Shown in pieces: positions 1 through 13,897 of a stretch of 64,000 bases of DNA. The stretch's first letter is position 1, and every line of letters starts with the position of its first letter. The position numbers and the translations under genes were made by a program. The DNA comes from Podarcis filfolensis (taxonomy: Eukaryota): NCBI GenBank assembly GCA_964270895.1, contig OZ185443.1, one strand, 5' to 3'. The notes below the pieces were generated by a model that was not told where the DNA came from, did not search any database, and worked only from the letters and a program-made list of their open reading frames with translations.

Positions 1-1727
1 GGAGTCACCAAGACAAACTTTACCAGCCCATTTCAATCCTCTTTTGTTTCACTTAGTCTTTTTTTTTTTTTTACAAAAACAAGCCTGTTATTTATTTCAT
101 TTATGAATCTCTTACCCTGAAGCAATTTACAAAACCTACTCTGACTTTTCAAGAAGGCACTTTAAAAATCAAGACAGAGGATTTCCTGCTACTAGGAAAT
201 CCTGCTTTAACAATACTCCTTTGCCCCAAAGGTGGAATTCTTAATTCTTCCCCCAACAAAATATTTATATCGTTTGTACAGACTGCTGAATAATTTGGGG
301 CTGGAGGCAGAGAGATCCTACTAAAAGGAACATGACACTTGTTTGCCACACAGTTAGATTCTTGTTACCTGCTTTCTCAAAATAGAATTGCTTTTACTAC
401 TTGAAGTTTATTGCTCCAAAGATACAAAAAGTATTGAAGAGGTATCTAGTACCCACTTCGTAGCTTTAAGTAAATCTGCCATATAATTATTAGCTATTAT
501 GATCTTTCCTAACTGATCAGTTAGGTTTAAGAGTGTTCTTCAAAACACGTCCTGGTTGTCTTTGTAGCTATTAATGTAAGCAGCTTTGGGAGAAAAAATG
601 GAGAGTCATTAGCATTTTTGCTTTAAACTCAGAGAAAAATATCAGTGACTCATTAGTCTTAAGGGCAGGTGGGGGGAAATCTGTAGATCACTTGAGATTC
701 CTGCTACTTTTCTTAAGTGGAATGTGCTAAATCTCTTCCCCAAATATAATGCACATGGACTCAAGGTTAGTTTCCATTATCAAGCTTTTCCTCTATAACT
801 TTACTCTCAAGTAGTGAATCCAAGCTGAAGTCATGGAAATATAGCTGTCCCTTACTTAACTAATCATGACCAAATTGGAGTGAATTGAGATCCTGAGCTT
901 TTCCATTATTTGTAAATATGTTGTACCTTTTACAATTACAGGACTAAATGAGATTTAATAAAATAAAATAAATTTAAACCCAAACATAGGGTTAAAAGAG
1001 ATGAACACTTGTTTATAAGTTCACAGATATTTGCTTGGGTAAGCTTGGCTGTGTAAGTTTTAGGAATGCTGAGTTTTTTAGGAATGTTGCAGAGATGATT
1101 ATGCCTTCCAGAAAAAAACCTGGGCCCCAGGAAAGCTGTCAGATGTTTACTGTCCATTTCCTCCTTGCTTCACCATTCATTTGACTATTTGATGCCAGTG
1201 TTCCTCTCTGCTCTTCTGTTGTGGACTCTGTAATGATCTTCAAGGGTTGTCTCTGAGTACCTGACTGAAGAAGTGGGCCAATGATTTCTCCCCTGTTCTC
1301 TGTAGGTCCAGGAAGTAACATACTAAGCATATCATTAAGTAAACACATTTTGATTTCATCTGTGTTTCTCTCATTCATCATTTAAAAACAGCGAATGGAC
1401 TTGTCCAGAGGCAGTGGTAGCAGTTATTAATCATAACTGTTCCTATCGCGAGAAAGTCAAATTTGTGAACGGCACACCACAAATCTCACTATTTCATGAT
1501 AGGAACAGTCTAGAAACAATATATCCAAATGCTTTTTCAGTAAACTGGAAATTAAAACAAGTGCAAATGAAAGGAGAATTACTTTTACATAAACTTTTCA
1601 GGAATTTGCACCAACCTACAGTTAGATACTAATCCTCAAACTCTTTGTTGCAAATTCTTATTGTTTATTTGATTTTAATAAATAGCCACCAGTTCTGAAA
1701 TGTTTTAACTTTACTACTTCTTCTTAG

Positions 1728-1799
1728 GGATCTTAATGGGAATAATATCACAAGGATCACAAAGACTGATTTTGCTGGCCTAAGACACCTTCGAGTTCT
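1728..1799 (+). CDS. SLIT2: SLIT2 coding exon (exon 2 by homology), one LRR: (L)[23 protein letters not shown](L)
   Basis: Acceptor ttcttcttAG (1726-1727) and donor GTAAGT at 1800. 72 bp, phase 2/2. The translation matches the recalled SLIT2 first-LRR-domain sequence and differs from the SLIT1 and SLIT3 paralog exons. Confidence 0.96.
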
Positions 1800-2954
1800 G
1801 TAAGTTGCCTTTTGTTGTATTTTATCCGTTACTATTGTATGCTGCATATGTGCAGTTCTGTGGAAAATGACTTATTTTATCAACAAGGCTAATTCTTTAC
1901 TTAACCTCTAAAATAACGACAACCAAACTTACACTGTATGAGAAAAAGCAGTTGGGAGATGACATAAAAATTTGGAAGACTGCCACAGTAGCAATTTTGT
2001 ATTGTAGCCACTTGTGATTTTATTCTTTTCCTTGACTCTATAAATACAGCAAATTATTGACTTTCTGAAAACGAAATGCTTTTTAGCAAGCTGTAAAGAG
2101 AAATATCTGTTTTTTAAAGGCTAACTGAATTAATTTGTTTGAATGCACTTTGAGTTTAGGATTGTCAGAAGTTATTCTAGTTAGTAGTAAAGGGAAATTC
2201 AGGAAAAAGAAGCTATCAATGCAACTTGCTTTTAGACCAAATTCTGTGAAAATTGATACAAACTTTTAAATAGTTTTTACTATATATAAAGCCTGGTTAC
2301 TTAATAACTTATAAGTCCTTCTCAGGGCCTGTAGATTAAAAAAAAATCACTATACAGTAATGACTGCTCTTTCAGTGAAGACAAAATCTTCTTTGAGACA
2401 CACTAGTAACAAAATTGTTTTAAATTAGGGAATAATTGCAAACAATTAGATTGGTTTTGATATTTCATCCTAAAGATGAAAAGTTGCAAACTTTTCCTTT
2501 TGTGGAAAAAAAATCACATTAACTCTTTTTCAGTTGAAAACAACTTGATTTATAATTGTAAAGTGTAGCTTTCATTTCTTTTTTTTAAAAAAGAAACTTT
2601 TATACATCACGTACATGTTTTTAACGTTCTGTAATTGAGCAGCAGCTTTGACTTTTTCCTTAAGCAAGGCATATATTTTTATCACCTTTGACCCTTCAAG
2701 TTCTTGAGCAGGTTTAAGGTCTCTGAAAACGGAGAGGGTATTTTCTCTCTTCCTTGGGAAAAAAAGTCATAGTGGAGTTTAAGGTGACAAGTCTTAAACA
2801 CATTAAATTGGATAGGAAGTCTAAGAATAGAGTGAGAATTGTGAAGTTAATAAAGAGCCGATTGCAAGTTTCCCCATTGCTAAAGTGCTGCAATAACAGG
2901 TGTTAATCATCGTTTGATTACTAGCTGTTTTAAAACTCATACTCTGCATTTCAG

Positions 2955-3026
2955 TCAGCTCATGGAAAACAAGATTAGTACAATAGAAAGAGGAGCGTTC
3001 CAGGACCTGAAAGAACTGGAGAGACT
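2955..3026 (+). CDS. SLIT2: SLIT2 coding exon (exon 3 by homology), one LRR: [23 protein letters not shown](L)
   Basis: Acceptor gcatttcAG (2953-2954) and donor GTAAGT at 3027. 72 bp, phase 2/2, in frame with the previous exon. Matches recalled SLIT2. Confidence 0.96.
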
Positions 3027-3513
3027 GTAAGTAACTTTTTATTGATTTGAAATACCACAAAGCAAGTTGTTGTAATTTCCCCCCACTGCCCTCCCTGTTT
3101 CTACTTTGAGTTAAACTACTGGGATTTGTTTGCCCTCATGGAATTCTTATTGGACAGAATCAAATGTAGCCGTAGATTCTTGTAGAACAGAGGGAACAAT
3201 TCTATGTGGGATAGAGGGGAAAACTGAAATGTAATTTTCATTTTTTGAAAGACAAGATTCATTTGCAATCTAATGTGAAGAGTTCTAGGGACTTAAACAA
3301 ATTAACTTGGTACAAGCTAATGATGATAAAACTTGCTCCTTCACTAAGAATACAATTTAAGCATTTGGTTTCCTGTACGTTGTATACTGTGTTGTGGGAA
3401 AGCAAAACATTTGTGTAAGGGAGAAAATTAGTTGTAAAATGCTCTAAAATTTAATGCACTGTACAGAAAATTGTGAAGTGTTTGAATGGATCTAAGAGTG
3501 TAAATAGAAAAAT

Positions 3514-3624
3514 GGGTTGTATTCTACTAAGTACTACTCAGAGTAGACACAGTGAAATGAATGGAATTATTTCCATTTACTTCTATGGGTCTGCTTCAAG
3601 TAGGACCAGTGTTGAATACCACCC
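3514..3624. repeat. Old short palindromic repeat element
   Basis: Inverted ends GGGTTGTATTC/GAATACCACCC and internal TACTCAGAGTAGAC..ATGGGTCTGCTTCAAGTAGGAC symmetry. Confidence 0.55.
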
Positions 3625-4994
3625 ATATCAGCCTGTGTTTTTAGTACTGTAATAAAGTATTTGGAGACTTGAAAGACCATCCTGTTGAATGATAAAGGCT
3701 AGTTAGTTTCTCTCTCATTCCACCTATGCAGTTTCTTTGAAAGCTGCATTTCTGTTGTGTGTATACTGTGTTGCATTTTGACAGCACTCAAGACTGCAGT
3801 AATTCAGTTTGAGACATGAGTTCGTGTATGTTGCATTCTTCTGTACTGTTTAGCTCCTGCATAGGATTGTTCATTGCTTATAGGGAACAAGGCCATCTCC
3901 GAACTATGCTGCTTTTATGAACACTGTTTTTAGTTCTCTGGGGCTGTCTTGTGTTTTTATTTTTTAAAAAACCACTTCAACAGAATGTAACAACTGCATC
4001 TGTCTTTCTCCACCCTTTTTGCCATTCCCTCTGTGTAGCAAGGATGTTTTCAGGACATTACTGGAAAGTCAGACAGTTTAAAATCTTGAAAAACAGCAGA
4101 CTAACTTTCTGTTTCAACTTGTATGGAAAGAGAGTATCTGTGTCTTGCATGCTTTAACAATATGCCAGTGCAGATTTTCTCGAATGCTGACGGTTCTATA
4201 CAGTTTTAAAATATGGCATAAATTTGTTTTGGAAAAGGAACATTTTTGCTTGTTTTTGCTAGGTGGTGTTTTGCATTGATACCGTAGCTTGCAAAAGCTT
4301 TTTATTGATAAAATGGAATCAGAAAAATAGGGAAGGGGCATGCACTGGTGAAGTGGTTTGTGTTTGAGCATAAGAGTTGAAGTTTGCCCAGGTCTGCTGC
4401 TAGTTGAAGTTTTTCTAAAAAATACTAGCAATATCCCTTTTAAAAAATCATTGTGTTTCTGCAAATAGAGAGTGATATGTAATTTATGCACACATACTAT
4501 TTCCAGTTTTTATTTCTGGAAATTAGTTTACAGAAAATTGTTTCCTAAGTGTTTGTCCAAGATCAACAATTATATGCTTGATGAACTGTTAAGTCCCGGA
4601 TCACATACTGGTAGAAGGTGCTCATAAAGATATTGGCGTTAACATAACTTGTCAGCACATTATGGCTAATTTCATCCTCAGAATGTTATTGAGGTATGTG
4701 GATTGTGGCCTAAATCCCTAACACTTTTATGAAACTGAATTAGCCAACTAAGTTTTTTACTCAGAGCAGATCTTTTGGAATTAGCAGACCGAATTTAGTC
4801 ATGCTCATGGATTTCAATGTGCTTTGAGTATCACTAGCACTGGATATAATCCCATGTCTATTTCAAATATGAATGCTATACCTCTAAAGAAACCCCACCC
4901 CAGCAAAGTTGTATCTGTTAAGTCTGCCATCACTGTTTATTTATCAACACCTTTTAAGCACAGCTCTACCCATGTCACATTCAAGGGTTTAATT

Positions 4995-5129
4995 CAGTGT
5001 TTCCCAAACTTGGGTCTCCATCTGTTTTGGACTACAGTTCCCATCATCCCTGACCACTGGTCCTGCTAGGTAGGCATGATGGGAGTTGTAGTCCAAAAAT
5101 AGCTGGAGACCCAAGTTTCGGAAACACTG
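4995..5129. mobile_element. hAT (Charlie-like) palindromic MITE
   Basis: TIRs CAGTGTTTCC(C/G)AAACTTGGGTCTCCA and 8-bp TSD GTTTAATT/ATTTAATT. Confidence 0.88.
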
Positions 5130-6213
5130 ATTTAATTGGAAACTACAAAAGAACTCCGAAGGTGGAAGATACCCCTCTCTCCACCTGCCTCAGTTTTGCT
5201 CTAGCTGGGCTCCAATACTGCTAGCAAGCCCATCAAGGATAAAGCAGTAGGGTTGCAGCACACAAACCTCTTGTGTACTTAATTTCACCCTTTCCTTTTC
5301 CTCTTTTACATGTGACTGTATATAGCTCGATGCTTAGGGGTTACCTTGCATTTTGGTTAATTAGTTGAAACAAGTAATTGTATATTTGTTGAAAACCACT
5401 GCTTTTTTGTGGAAAGAAATAACAATCATGTGGTTAAAATGTATTGGAACTTGTTCAAAAATCAGAATTCGTCTTCTAAGTTGTTTAAGGTTTTCGTTTC
5501 CACCCACATTATGGTAATAGCGTCAGTTTTCTGCTCTGTTCAAGGCTCAAATCACATGTTTTGGAGTAGAAGGAATTTGGAGCCAGAATCCTTTGAAATC
5601 ATCTCAGCTGCTGGGCTATGAACAAGTGTTCAATATCTGTGAGGAAAATATGAAAATTCATTTTGTTGACAATTACCACATCCACCTGAGAGATAGATGT
5701 TGTTGTCTTGAGCCAATTCATCCCTTTGAGATTTTGGAATTCAAACATATTTCCCAGGAAATTCACTGATAACTCTCTTCAAATAGTTCCTTTATGTACA
5801 TGGCGCAGCAGGGACTTGGTTAACATGCATGATATTTAAATATCAAACAAACTACATTGCTGTGGCAGTCTTTTTGATGTATTAAGTGGTTACCATATAG
5901 CGAATGCAAAACCCATCAAAGCTGCTGGCTGGGTCGTGTTCTGTGATTTTGATTGCTATTTAACCACCATACAGTTTCTAGATTAATCCTTGCTTTCTGT
6001 TGTGACACACAGTCTGGCAGACTGATACCGTAGTTTTCATAGCTCTGCAATTTCATCGATGTAACACGTGCCTGTGCTTGTCCCAAGGGCAGGGAACTTC
6101 CTGCCTATGGGCTGACCTCAACCTGCCAGTTTGGTTCATGAGGTCATTTCCACCAAACCATTCTCATCTGATCACTGGTGGCATCATAAGGGGCAGCAGC
6201 AGGGTGGGAGAGA

Positions 6214-6466
6214 AGAATCATAGAATCATAGAGTGGAAGAGACCACAAGGGCCATCGAGTCCAACCCCCTGCCAAGCAGGAAACACCATCAGAGCACTCC
6301 TGACATATGGTTGTCAAGCCTCTGCTTAAAGACCTCCAAAGAAGGAGACTCCACCACACTCCTTGGCAGCAAATTCCACTGTCGAACAGCTCTTACTGTC
6401 AGGAAGTTCTTCCTAATGTTTAGGTGGAATCTTCTTTCTTGTAGTTTGGATCCATTGCTCCGAGTC
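6214..6466 (-). mobile_element. CR1 LINE 3' end
   Basis: Minus-strand translation [58 protein letters not shown] (CR1 ORF2 end), followed by the CR1 TATGATTC-type tail repeat. Confidence 0.9.
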
Positions 6467-7636
6467 TTCCGCTACGCTTCCCTCTGCCACAACTTGCATA
6501 AGAAACTGCTTTTGAGAAGTGTTTTAAGGCAACCTCCACACCTGTGTTACAGCTGGAATGGGCTGTGGGTGCTGTCTTAAAGCCTTTTCAAGTCTCCCCT
6601 CCATTCCCCTTTTAAGCTTCCAAGATTTGGAAACTGAAAGAAAGGGGCGGGAGACTTGGAAAGTTGTGATTGTGGGTGAGTCGCCCCACCCAGATGTCAA
6701 ATTTGGCCCATGAGGCTCATCCAGATAAGGATCTTCTTATAAAGATCTGGCCCTTGGAGCCAAAATGGCTCTCCACCCCTGGTTCACCCTCACCCCATGT
6801 TTGCATTAAGCAAAGAATATCCCTATGGACAAACCCACCTTTGAAAAACCCATAATATCTCTAGCAACTCTGCTCTTCCTCACCACTCATTGAGGTGATT
6901 GTTGATAACGTAGGAGGAACAGAAGACACCAAGCGACATTATAGGAATGTCATGTTAGATCGCATTCTACACCCTCTCCTGGTATACAGTATACAAGCTC
7001 AGAAAGAGTCCACAGTGCCATCCAGGGGGTAGGAGGACAGCAACTGACAGCTGTAGGGCTCCCCTAAGGCAGGAGTTCAAATTCCCCAGAAGTCCAAATG
7101 CCGTAGCCAGAAAATAACCCTTTGACAGGGAAGGGCCTGGAGAAGGGGGGCTGGGGAGAGAGCCGCTCCTGTCGCAACAGCTAGCTATCTCCATAGTCAA
7201 AAGGGTAAAAGGCCTGCATTTGGTACTAATTTGTAACCACACTCCGCCCCTCGAGATAAGGGTTGGTACTTAAGAGTCCAAATGGAAATCATTTTGAATA
7301 CTGTACTGCAGAAAACAGCAGTGCCTGGGTGAGCAAAACAGGTTTTTTTTACAGCACGCTACAAGAACAAGTCTATTAGATTCCATTTAGTCGTCTCAAA
7401 TCAAACTCGCAGTAAAAATAATTCCATGTATAAAAATCCAACATAAAGAAATAAAGATCTCCATTTAAACGGCTTGTTGAAATAGGGAATGTCTTCAGTG
7501 GATTCTGTCTTATGTGTAATGGGAAGGAATTTCAACAGTTAGGTGCACCCATAGTAGGAGCCTGATTCCTATATTGTATGGACAGACTCCTGGTAAGATG
7601 ATATCTCCAGGACACCCTCTCCTTCAGTGACTGATT

Positions 7637-7978
7637 GGCGGGTGGCGCTGTGGTCTAAATCACTGAGCCTCTTGGGCTTGCTGATCATAAGGTTGGCGGT
7701 TCAAATCCCCACGATGCGGTGAGCTCCCATTGCTCTATCCCAGCTCCTGCCAACCTAGCAGTTCAAAAGCACACCAGTGCAAGCAGATAAATAGGTATCG
7801 CTGTGGTGGGAAGGTAAACAGCATTTCTGTGCGCCCTGTTGTGTCACGGTGTCCTGTTGTGCTAGAAGCGGTGTAGTCATGCTGGCCACATAACCCAGAA
7901 AGCTTTCTGTGAACAAACACTGACTCCCTCGGCCTGAAAGCGAGGACTCAACCCATCCAGGTGTCCTTTACCTTTACC
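7637..7978 (+). mobile_element. Sauria (Squam1) SINE, diverged
   Basis: tRNA-like head (A box GTGGCGCTGTGG, B-box-like GGTTCAAATCC), core CCTGCCAACCTAGCAGTTC, and TTTACC tail. Confidence 0.88.
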
Positions 7979-8053
7979 TATACCTATAACAGGTAAAGCA
8001 ACCTGTTTAGTGTTTTGGAGGGCAGCACTGTGAGTTGGTTAATAGCTCAGTGG

Positions 8054-8221
8054 CAGTGGCGTAGCGTGGGTTGTCAGAACCCGGGGCAAGGCAAGTAATT
8101 TGCACCCCTAACCCGTGGATTTGCGCCCCCTAACCCGTGGATTTGCGCCCCCTAACCCTAATCCCCAGATGTTGCGCCCGGTGCGGCTGGCCCCCCCTGC
8201 ACCCCCCATGCTACGCCACTG
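8054..8221. mobile_element. hAT MITE with internal 22-bp tandem repeat
   Basis: TIRs CAGTGGCGTAGC(G/A)TGGG and perfect 8-bp TSD CTCAGTGG (8046-8053 and 8222-8229). Confidence 0.9.
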
Positions 8222-9736
8222 CTCAGTGGCAAAGCATCACAGTAGGACTAGAGATGTGGGTTCAGTTCTCATCCAAAAGAAAGAAATGTGGCTTTCGCAA
8301 GGCAAAATTGATTTGTATTTTGTAAGTGACAACTTCAAATTGAGAAGGGGAGAGTAAAGGACTTCTGCTCTAGTGAGCAACAATTTAATTGCACAGCCAC
8401 AGAACAATCCATACACAGGACCTAACTTGTCACATTTCTCCTTCCATTTCTCCTCAGTCCCGTGTGTAAGATGTTGGGATTCCAGTGATATGCACCAGTA
8501 CTGATTGGGGCATTTGTGGGGCACAAGTGCAGTGTTACAGCACTGGTTTGGCATACAAGAGATCCAGGTTAAAATCCTAACCACAGGTTCCCACAAGAAA
8601 GAAGAACCCCCCCCTCCCCAAATTCCCAACAGCTAACAAGCAAGAGTAACTGACACATGGACTAATACATCTCTCAGGTGGTTTTAAGGCTTGTTCACAC
8701 CCAGGTTGCCTTTCATATTGTCCAGCCCAATTCATCTTGTCCAGTCATGCCACCCCCTTGTTAATTTATATGAATGCCAATATCTGCTAGATATTTCCTA
8801 GCGTGCCTTACCTATTGACCAAGGCTTCCCCCCCCCCATGGCCGCTGCTGGACTGATCCCTACTGTAATTGGGACAAGCTATTTGGCCTCTCCCAGTCCC
8901 CTTGCAGGTGCACTAGTAGCAGGGACGAGCAGAAGACGCAACCCCTTGCTTCTGAGTATTTGAAGTCTGCCTGGTTGCTGTGGAGAGCAGAGAGACAGGG
9001 GGATAGTGATAAACGGTGGGTAGCAGCTGCATACATAACCTGTGACTGAGTGTTCATTAACTCTGTAATTTGAGAGAAGGCACAATGGCTATAGATGCTC
9101 TTTCAATCCTGCACGCCTCATTCAGGCTCCCTGATCTTTATGTGGGACTTTGTATAGTTGGGGGGCGCCTGATGTGTGTATTTGGGGTGTCATCTGTTGG
9201 GGGCGGTGGCGTTGTCATTGAGATAGTGCTTCTCCATCCACCGCAGGGAATTGCACCAGAACTGCTTTTAGTTACTGATTTTGCTACCCTTCCTCTGATC
9301 CTGCATGGAAGAATATGTCACATGTAATTGGCATCATGAGCAGTATGTAGAGTGTAGGCTTTTTGTGTTAATAAAGTTGTCTGTGCTCCTTGTTGCCTTT
9401 CCCAGTATAAGGGAGAACTCAGCAGGGTTTGGGGGTGGAATGGGGGTGTCCAGTGTGACTTCAAGCTGCATGCTTACCCTGTTCCTCATTTATGCTGTTG
9501 CTGTTGTGTGTCTCGGTGTGGTGGTGATGTTTAGGTTAGTACATATAATGTCACCATATTGCATTAGAGAGGCAGACATCGATGTTCTGTGGATGACTAC
9601 TCTGCACATCTTAATGCTTTTTGATGTCTGATGTTTTTAGAGGTTTCCCCTCTTCCTCCCAGGTGGCCCCCAACTCTTCTTACCTGTGAGGGTGCCTTGT
9701 TCTTGTAGGCCCAGTTGCAGCAGTTGGAGTGATGAG

Positions 9737-10186
9737 TGTTAGGATTCAATTCCCGTGCTGCAGTCATGGGATTGTTTATATCACATGACGGTGTATGTTT
9801 TCATTCCACATAGTGGGAAGTGACGGAGACAGGATGTTTGTATTACTGTGTTTCCGTGATGTAGGACGTTTGTTCCTTTGTCTCTTTCTCTTTGCTGTTT
9901 GATGCTGATGAGGAAGGAGCTGAGTTAGAATGCTCCAAGCATATTATATGTACCGTAAATAAAGTATTTTAGCCAAAATGCTGCGCTACTGAGTCTGTTA
10001 CGCTGACTGCCAATACTCTGCTGATCCTGAAGTGTGCTGATGACTGCAAGGCATCAGTTGCTGTGATGTTTGTGCTGGAGAAAGACCGTTGTGCTTGGAG
10101 TCTCCCGACTGACCAGGAGGTAGAGAACATGCCAGCCGGGCATGTGTTTCTGCCGGATTCCTACTTGTGTGTAGGACCTCCTTACA
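9737..10186 (+). mobile_element. Solo LTR (about 450 bp)
   Basis: Ends TGTTAGG...CCTTACA (6/7 inverted), internal AATAAA at about 9958, and flanks ATGAG/TTGAG (4/5 TSD). Confidence 0.6.
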
Positions 10187-11480
10187 TTGAGATGGGAGTG
10201 ATGTTCCCTTGCCCTGGATATAAGGGTGTTGTACTCCAGTTGACTATGGAGGTAATAGGAGTCCTGTTCTCTGATGTTGTCCTCCATTATTGCACTTCAG
10301 TGGTGCTTTATACTGGCAGTGTCTTGCCATTGTGAGGATTATGCTGGTGGAAGGAACTGATGGAATACAATTTTTTTTAATGCCACCGCCAGATTAACTA
10401 TACAAGACATATCACTTTTGCTTCACTGACATGAGGGGATTTAGTAGCAGTTTCATCACACTCAGCAGGTGTTGAGATGAGGCAATGATCACACCCTTGG
10501 TCATTTTTAATACAGTCCACAAATCGACAGCAGAGGATCCTTTATCTCTCGCAAGTAAATGGAATGGAGGTGTAAATAATACAAGTGGCATGTTCAGTCA
10601 TTAAATCAGACTGTGCTTTTGGAAGGGACGCATGTGAATTGCAATGACCTTTGATAACATGTCAGGCACTTGGCTTACTGTTATATATGCTGAGATCAAG
10701 CCATTGAGAGCAAACTTTGTTTTAATCTGTGTAATCTCACTTTGCATTCTGTGGTCATTCCTATCAGAGGTGCTTGGAGACAAAGCCTGCTGCAATATTA
10801 CACCCTGTTCACACAAAGAGCTGCTGTGGAAAACAGGTAGAATCTTAAGTTTGATGTACATGCAGCAGCCCATGGCTGCATTCTTTAATCCATTATATTA
10901 TAAAATATTGCAGCATAAAGCTGCAAAAGAAGTTCACATAAAAATACAAATCTCATTCCTAAATACTTACATTAGCTTGACTTTCAGCATGGATCTTGTT
11001 CCCTCAGAGTCCATGGGAACAGGTCTAAAACTAGGGGTCACCAGTTGGACCTTTGGGCGACAATTTAGCTTGGTGAATCCTCTGAAGTCAATATACCGCT
11101 CATGTGTGCATATATGTATTCGGCTTGATGTTGCATATACAGGCAGTGCTTTTTTTTCTAGAAAAAGAGGTGCTGGATCCTTGTGGAATTCACAAAAATA
11201 ATATAATAGAAGCCCAACTTCTGTCTCCCAATAAAATCGGCAGGAAAAAAATAAAGGCAAAGACTGCATTAAAAAAGACCTGACTCGGATGAATCAACTT
11301 GTTGAATTGGTTAGAGGTGGCAAAAAACTTTTTGGAACTAAAAAGTTATTGGGAGAGTGATTAGAGAGTGTCCTCAACACTAGAGATTGTTGTCATGCAA
11401 TGGCTTTGGTGGCATTCAGATGCCATGTTTGCCAGTCCTAAACATTTCTTCATCCCTCTCTGTGTGCTTGCTCCCTCTTA

Positions 11481-11830
11481 AAGGTAAAGGAACCCCTGAC
11501 CATTAGGTCCAGTCATGACCGACTCTGGGGTTGCAGTGCTCATCTCGCTTTATTGGCCGAAGGAGCTGGCGTACAGCTTCCAGGTCATGTGGCCAGCATG
11601 ACTAAGCCGCTTCTGGTGAACCAGAGCAGTGCACGGAAACGCCGTTTACCTTCCCGCCGGAGCGGTACCTATTTATCTACTTTCACTTTGACGTGCTTTC
11701 GAACTGCTAGGTTGGCAGGAGCAGGGACCGAACAACGGGAGCTCACCCCATCGCAGGGATTCAAACCACCAACCTTCTGATCAGCAAGTCTTAGGCTCTG
11801 TGGTTTCACCCACAGCGCCACCCGCATCCC
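11481..11830 (-). mobile_element. Sauria SINE, full length
   Basis: Reverse complement of the 53074 copy with high identity, ending in an ACCTTT tail. Confidence 0.92.
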
Positions 11831-13897
11831 TGTTCTCTCTTACTTCCCTCCTTTTAACCCAGCTTTATAAAATATTTCTTGGTTTGTCAGATCATGATCC
11901 TGGTTTGGGAATACTTCATGAATGGTATGTGACAAAGTTTGGCAAATCTAGTTTTCACACAATGCTGTCAATGACTCAGGGATGATGGGAATTGGAGCGC
12001 AGCAATATCTGGAGAGCCCCAGATTCTCTACACTTGCTGGGGTGCAGGATTTTGCTCCTACAAAACCTACATTTACTTTTGCAGATGCACCTGCTCAATT
12101 CTTTTATCTATTCAAAAACCAACTGTAAAGTTTTTTTATTTCTTGTAATAAATATCCAAGAGATTGGAAACCTGTTTCTGTTTAGTATCCTCCCTTGTCT
12201 AAATGGCTTCACTGCACAGAGTTGGGTTTCCAACCCTTAGGCTAGACTCTGGATCAGGTGCTGTTGTGCAACATGTGCATGTTCCATTTTCAAGTATAAC
12301 TGCAAGGACGTAGGTTGGCACTAGGAGGCAGCTGTTGCTGGTGTAATTCAGCAAGGTCAAATATTGAGCAGCTATAATTCTGTCATGTGTCCAGTTTGAC
12401 GCTTCCTGCTCTGGTGTCTTGGAAGAATTTTTTTAAAACACAAATTTTGCCTGCAATATATTTTGACTTTCCAGCCCTACTATTTGAATTCTTGTGTGCA
12501 CTATTCCATCACAAGACCTGAAAACCCAGTTTCCCTACAGCGCTCTGTTCTACCCAGTCCATAAGCACAGGGGTTTTTCCCTTAACAAAATCCACATTAA
12601 ACAAAACGTTAGTCTTTCAGAGCACAGTCTAACAGAATATTAAAGTTTTGCATGATTAGGCACCCAAAGAAACAGCAGTTTTGCCAGCTATGGTATAACT
12701 TTGACAATATAAACATTTAATTATGGCAAAGCTGTTCAGTTCTAAGCATGTTTTTGAATATTCACAGAATTCTAGTTAACATACTCTTGTTAGTATATAG
12801 TATAGTGTATTTAAAGAATCATGCATCAGTGGCCCACTACAAGCAGTTGTTTGTATGAATTTGTTTCCATGTCGGTGAGAAAGGAAAGAGAAGCAAAAGG
12901 TGTTAAGATTCGTTTGTTGTGGACTTTTAATGAGCATTAGAGTACCACAACCAAAGTGAGATGGAAATCTGAGTTTGGCTGCAGCCAGCGTCAATTGATA
13001 TTCTTTAATGATGATAAAAGAGATTATTTCCACTTCTTTTCAGCCGTCTCATCTTCCACACGCTCCTCTATATGTGGGCATTGTATAGAATGCTGATTCA
13101 GGTCACTGCACCAGGGAAATTAATGTAGTGAATTTTCTTAGTAACGGTCATGACCTTAGCAGTGGTAACTAGTATTACATTTCATACCATAAAAATGGGC
13201 ACTGACTAAAGATTGATTAAAACAGACCTTTAGTCTAACTTTCATTATGTATTGATGTGCAATGCACATTTTTTTGCAGACTTTACCCGTAGATATTTGG
13301 ATTAGATGTCTGTGAAAAATATATATCACAAATGGCCTTTCAAAAGAGCAGTCGTACTCAGTTACAGTTCTGTAACTGAAAATATTAATGTCTGACTGCA
13401 ATCTGCCACCCACTTATTACCATATTGTTGACCTTTGTCTGAGGAAGCTAATTGGGGAGCTTGGGCAGATAAGCAGAAACTTTTCAGAGTGCAAACACGC
13501 TCTCCCAAGTCCTGCAGAATCCGAAGTGGTTACCAGCCTGTTTTGGCAAATGTGTCGCATAGAGTGTGCCCTACTTTACAGAGGACAGTTTTCTGTTTGA
13601 AAGCATCATCCATTGTGAGAGCTGTCTGGTTGAAGATAAGGAACCATTAGAAGGGAGAGCAAAGGTCCTGTAGCTGCCCATCAACAGTTAGAACTTGGAC
13701 TAAGTGCGACATAGCAGTCACCTGGTCACAGTCTTATCCTTTACAATGAGCTAACACTATTTCTGTTTAAATTATAGTAATTATTTCTAAATCTGCACCT
13801 CTACCTAGAAATTAGCAGTGTAGTACCTATATGTTTCATGACAACTAGTGTTGTGTTTTGGAGTGATGCTTTTTAGCGATACCTAAGTGATCATCCT

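Noticed and set aside
6949-7445. Possible second solo LTR
   Set aside because: It is GC-richer and starts with TG, but I could not identify matching termini or a TSD.
10644-11201. Longest non-TE ORF (185 aa) with a hydrophobic N-terminal segment
   Set aside because: No recognisable domain or splice structure, and it runs into a MITE end. Its length is compatible with chance in AT-rich intron.
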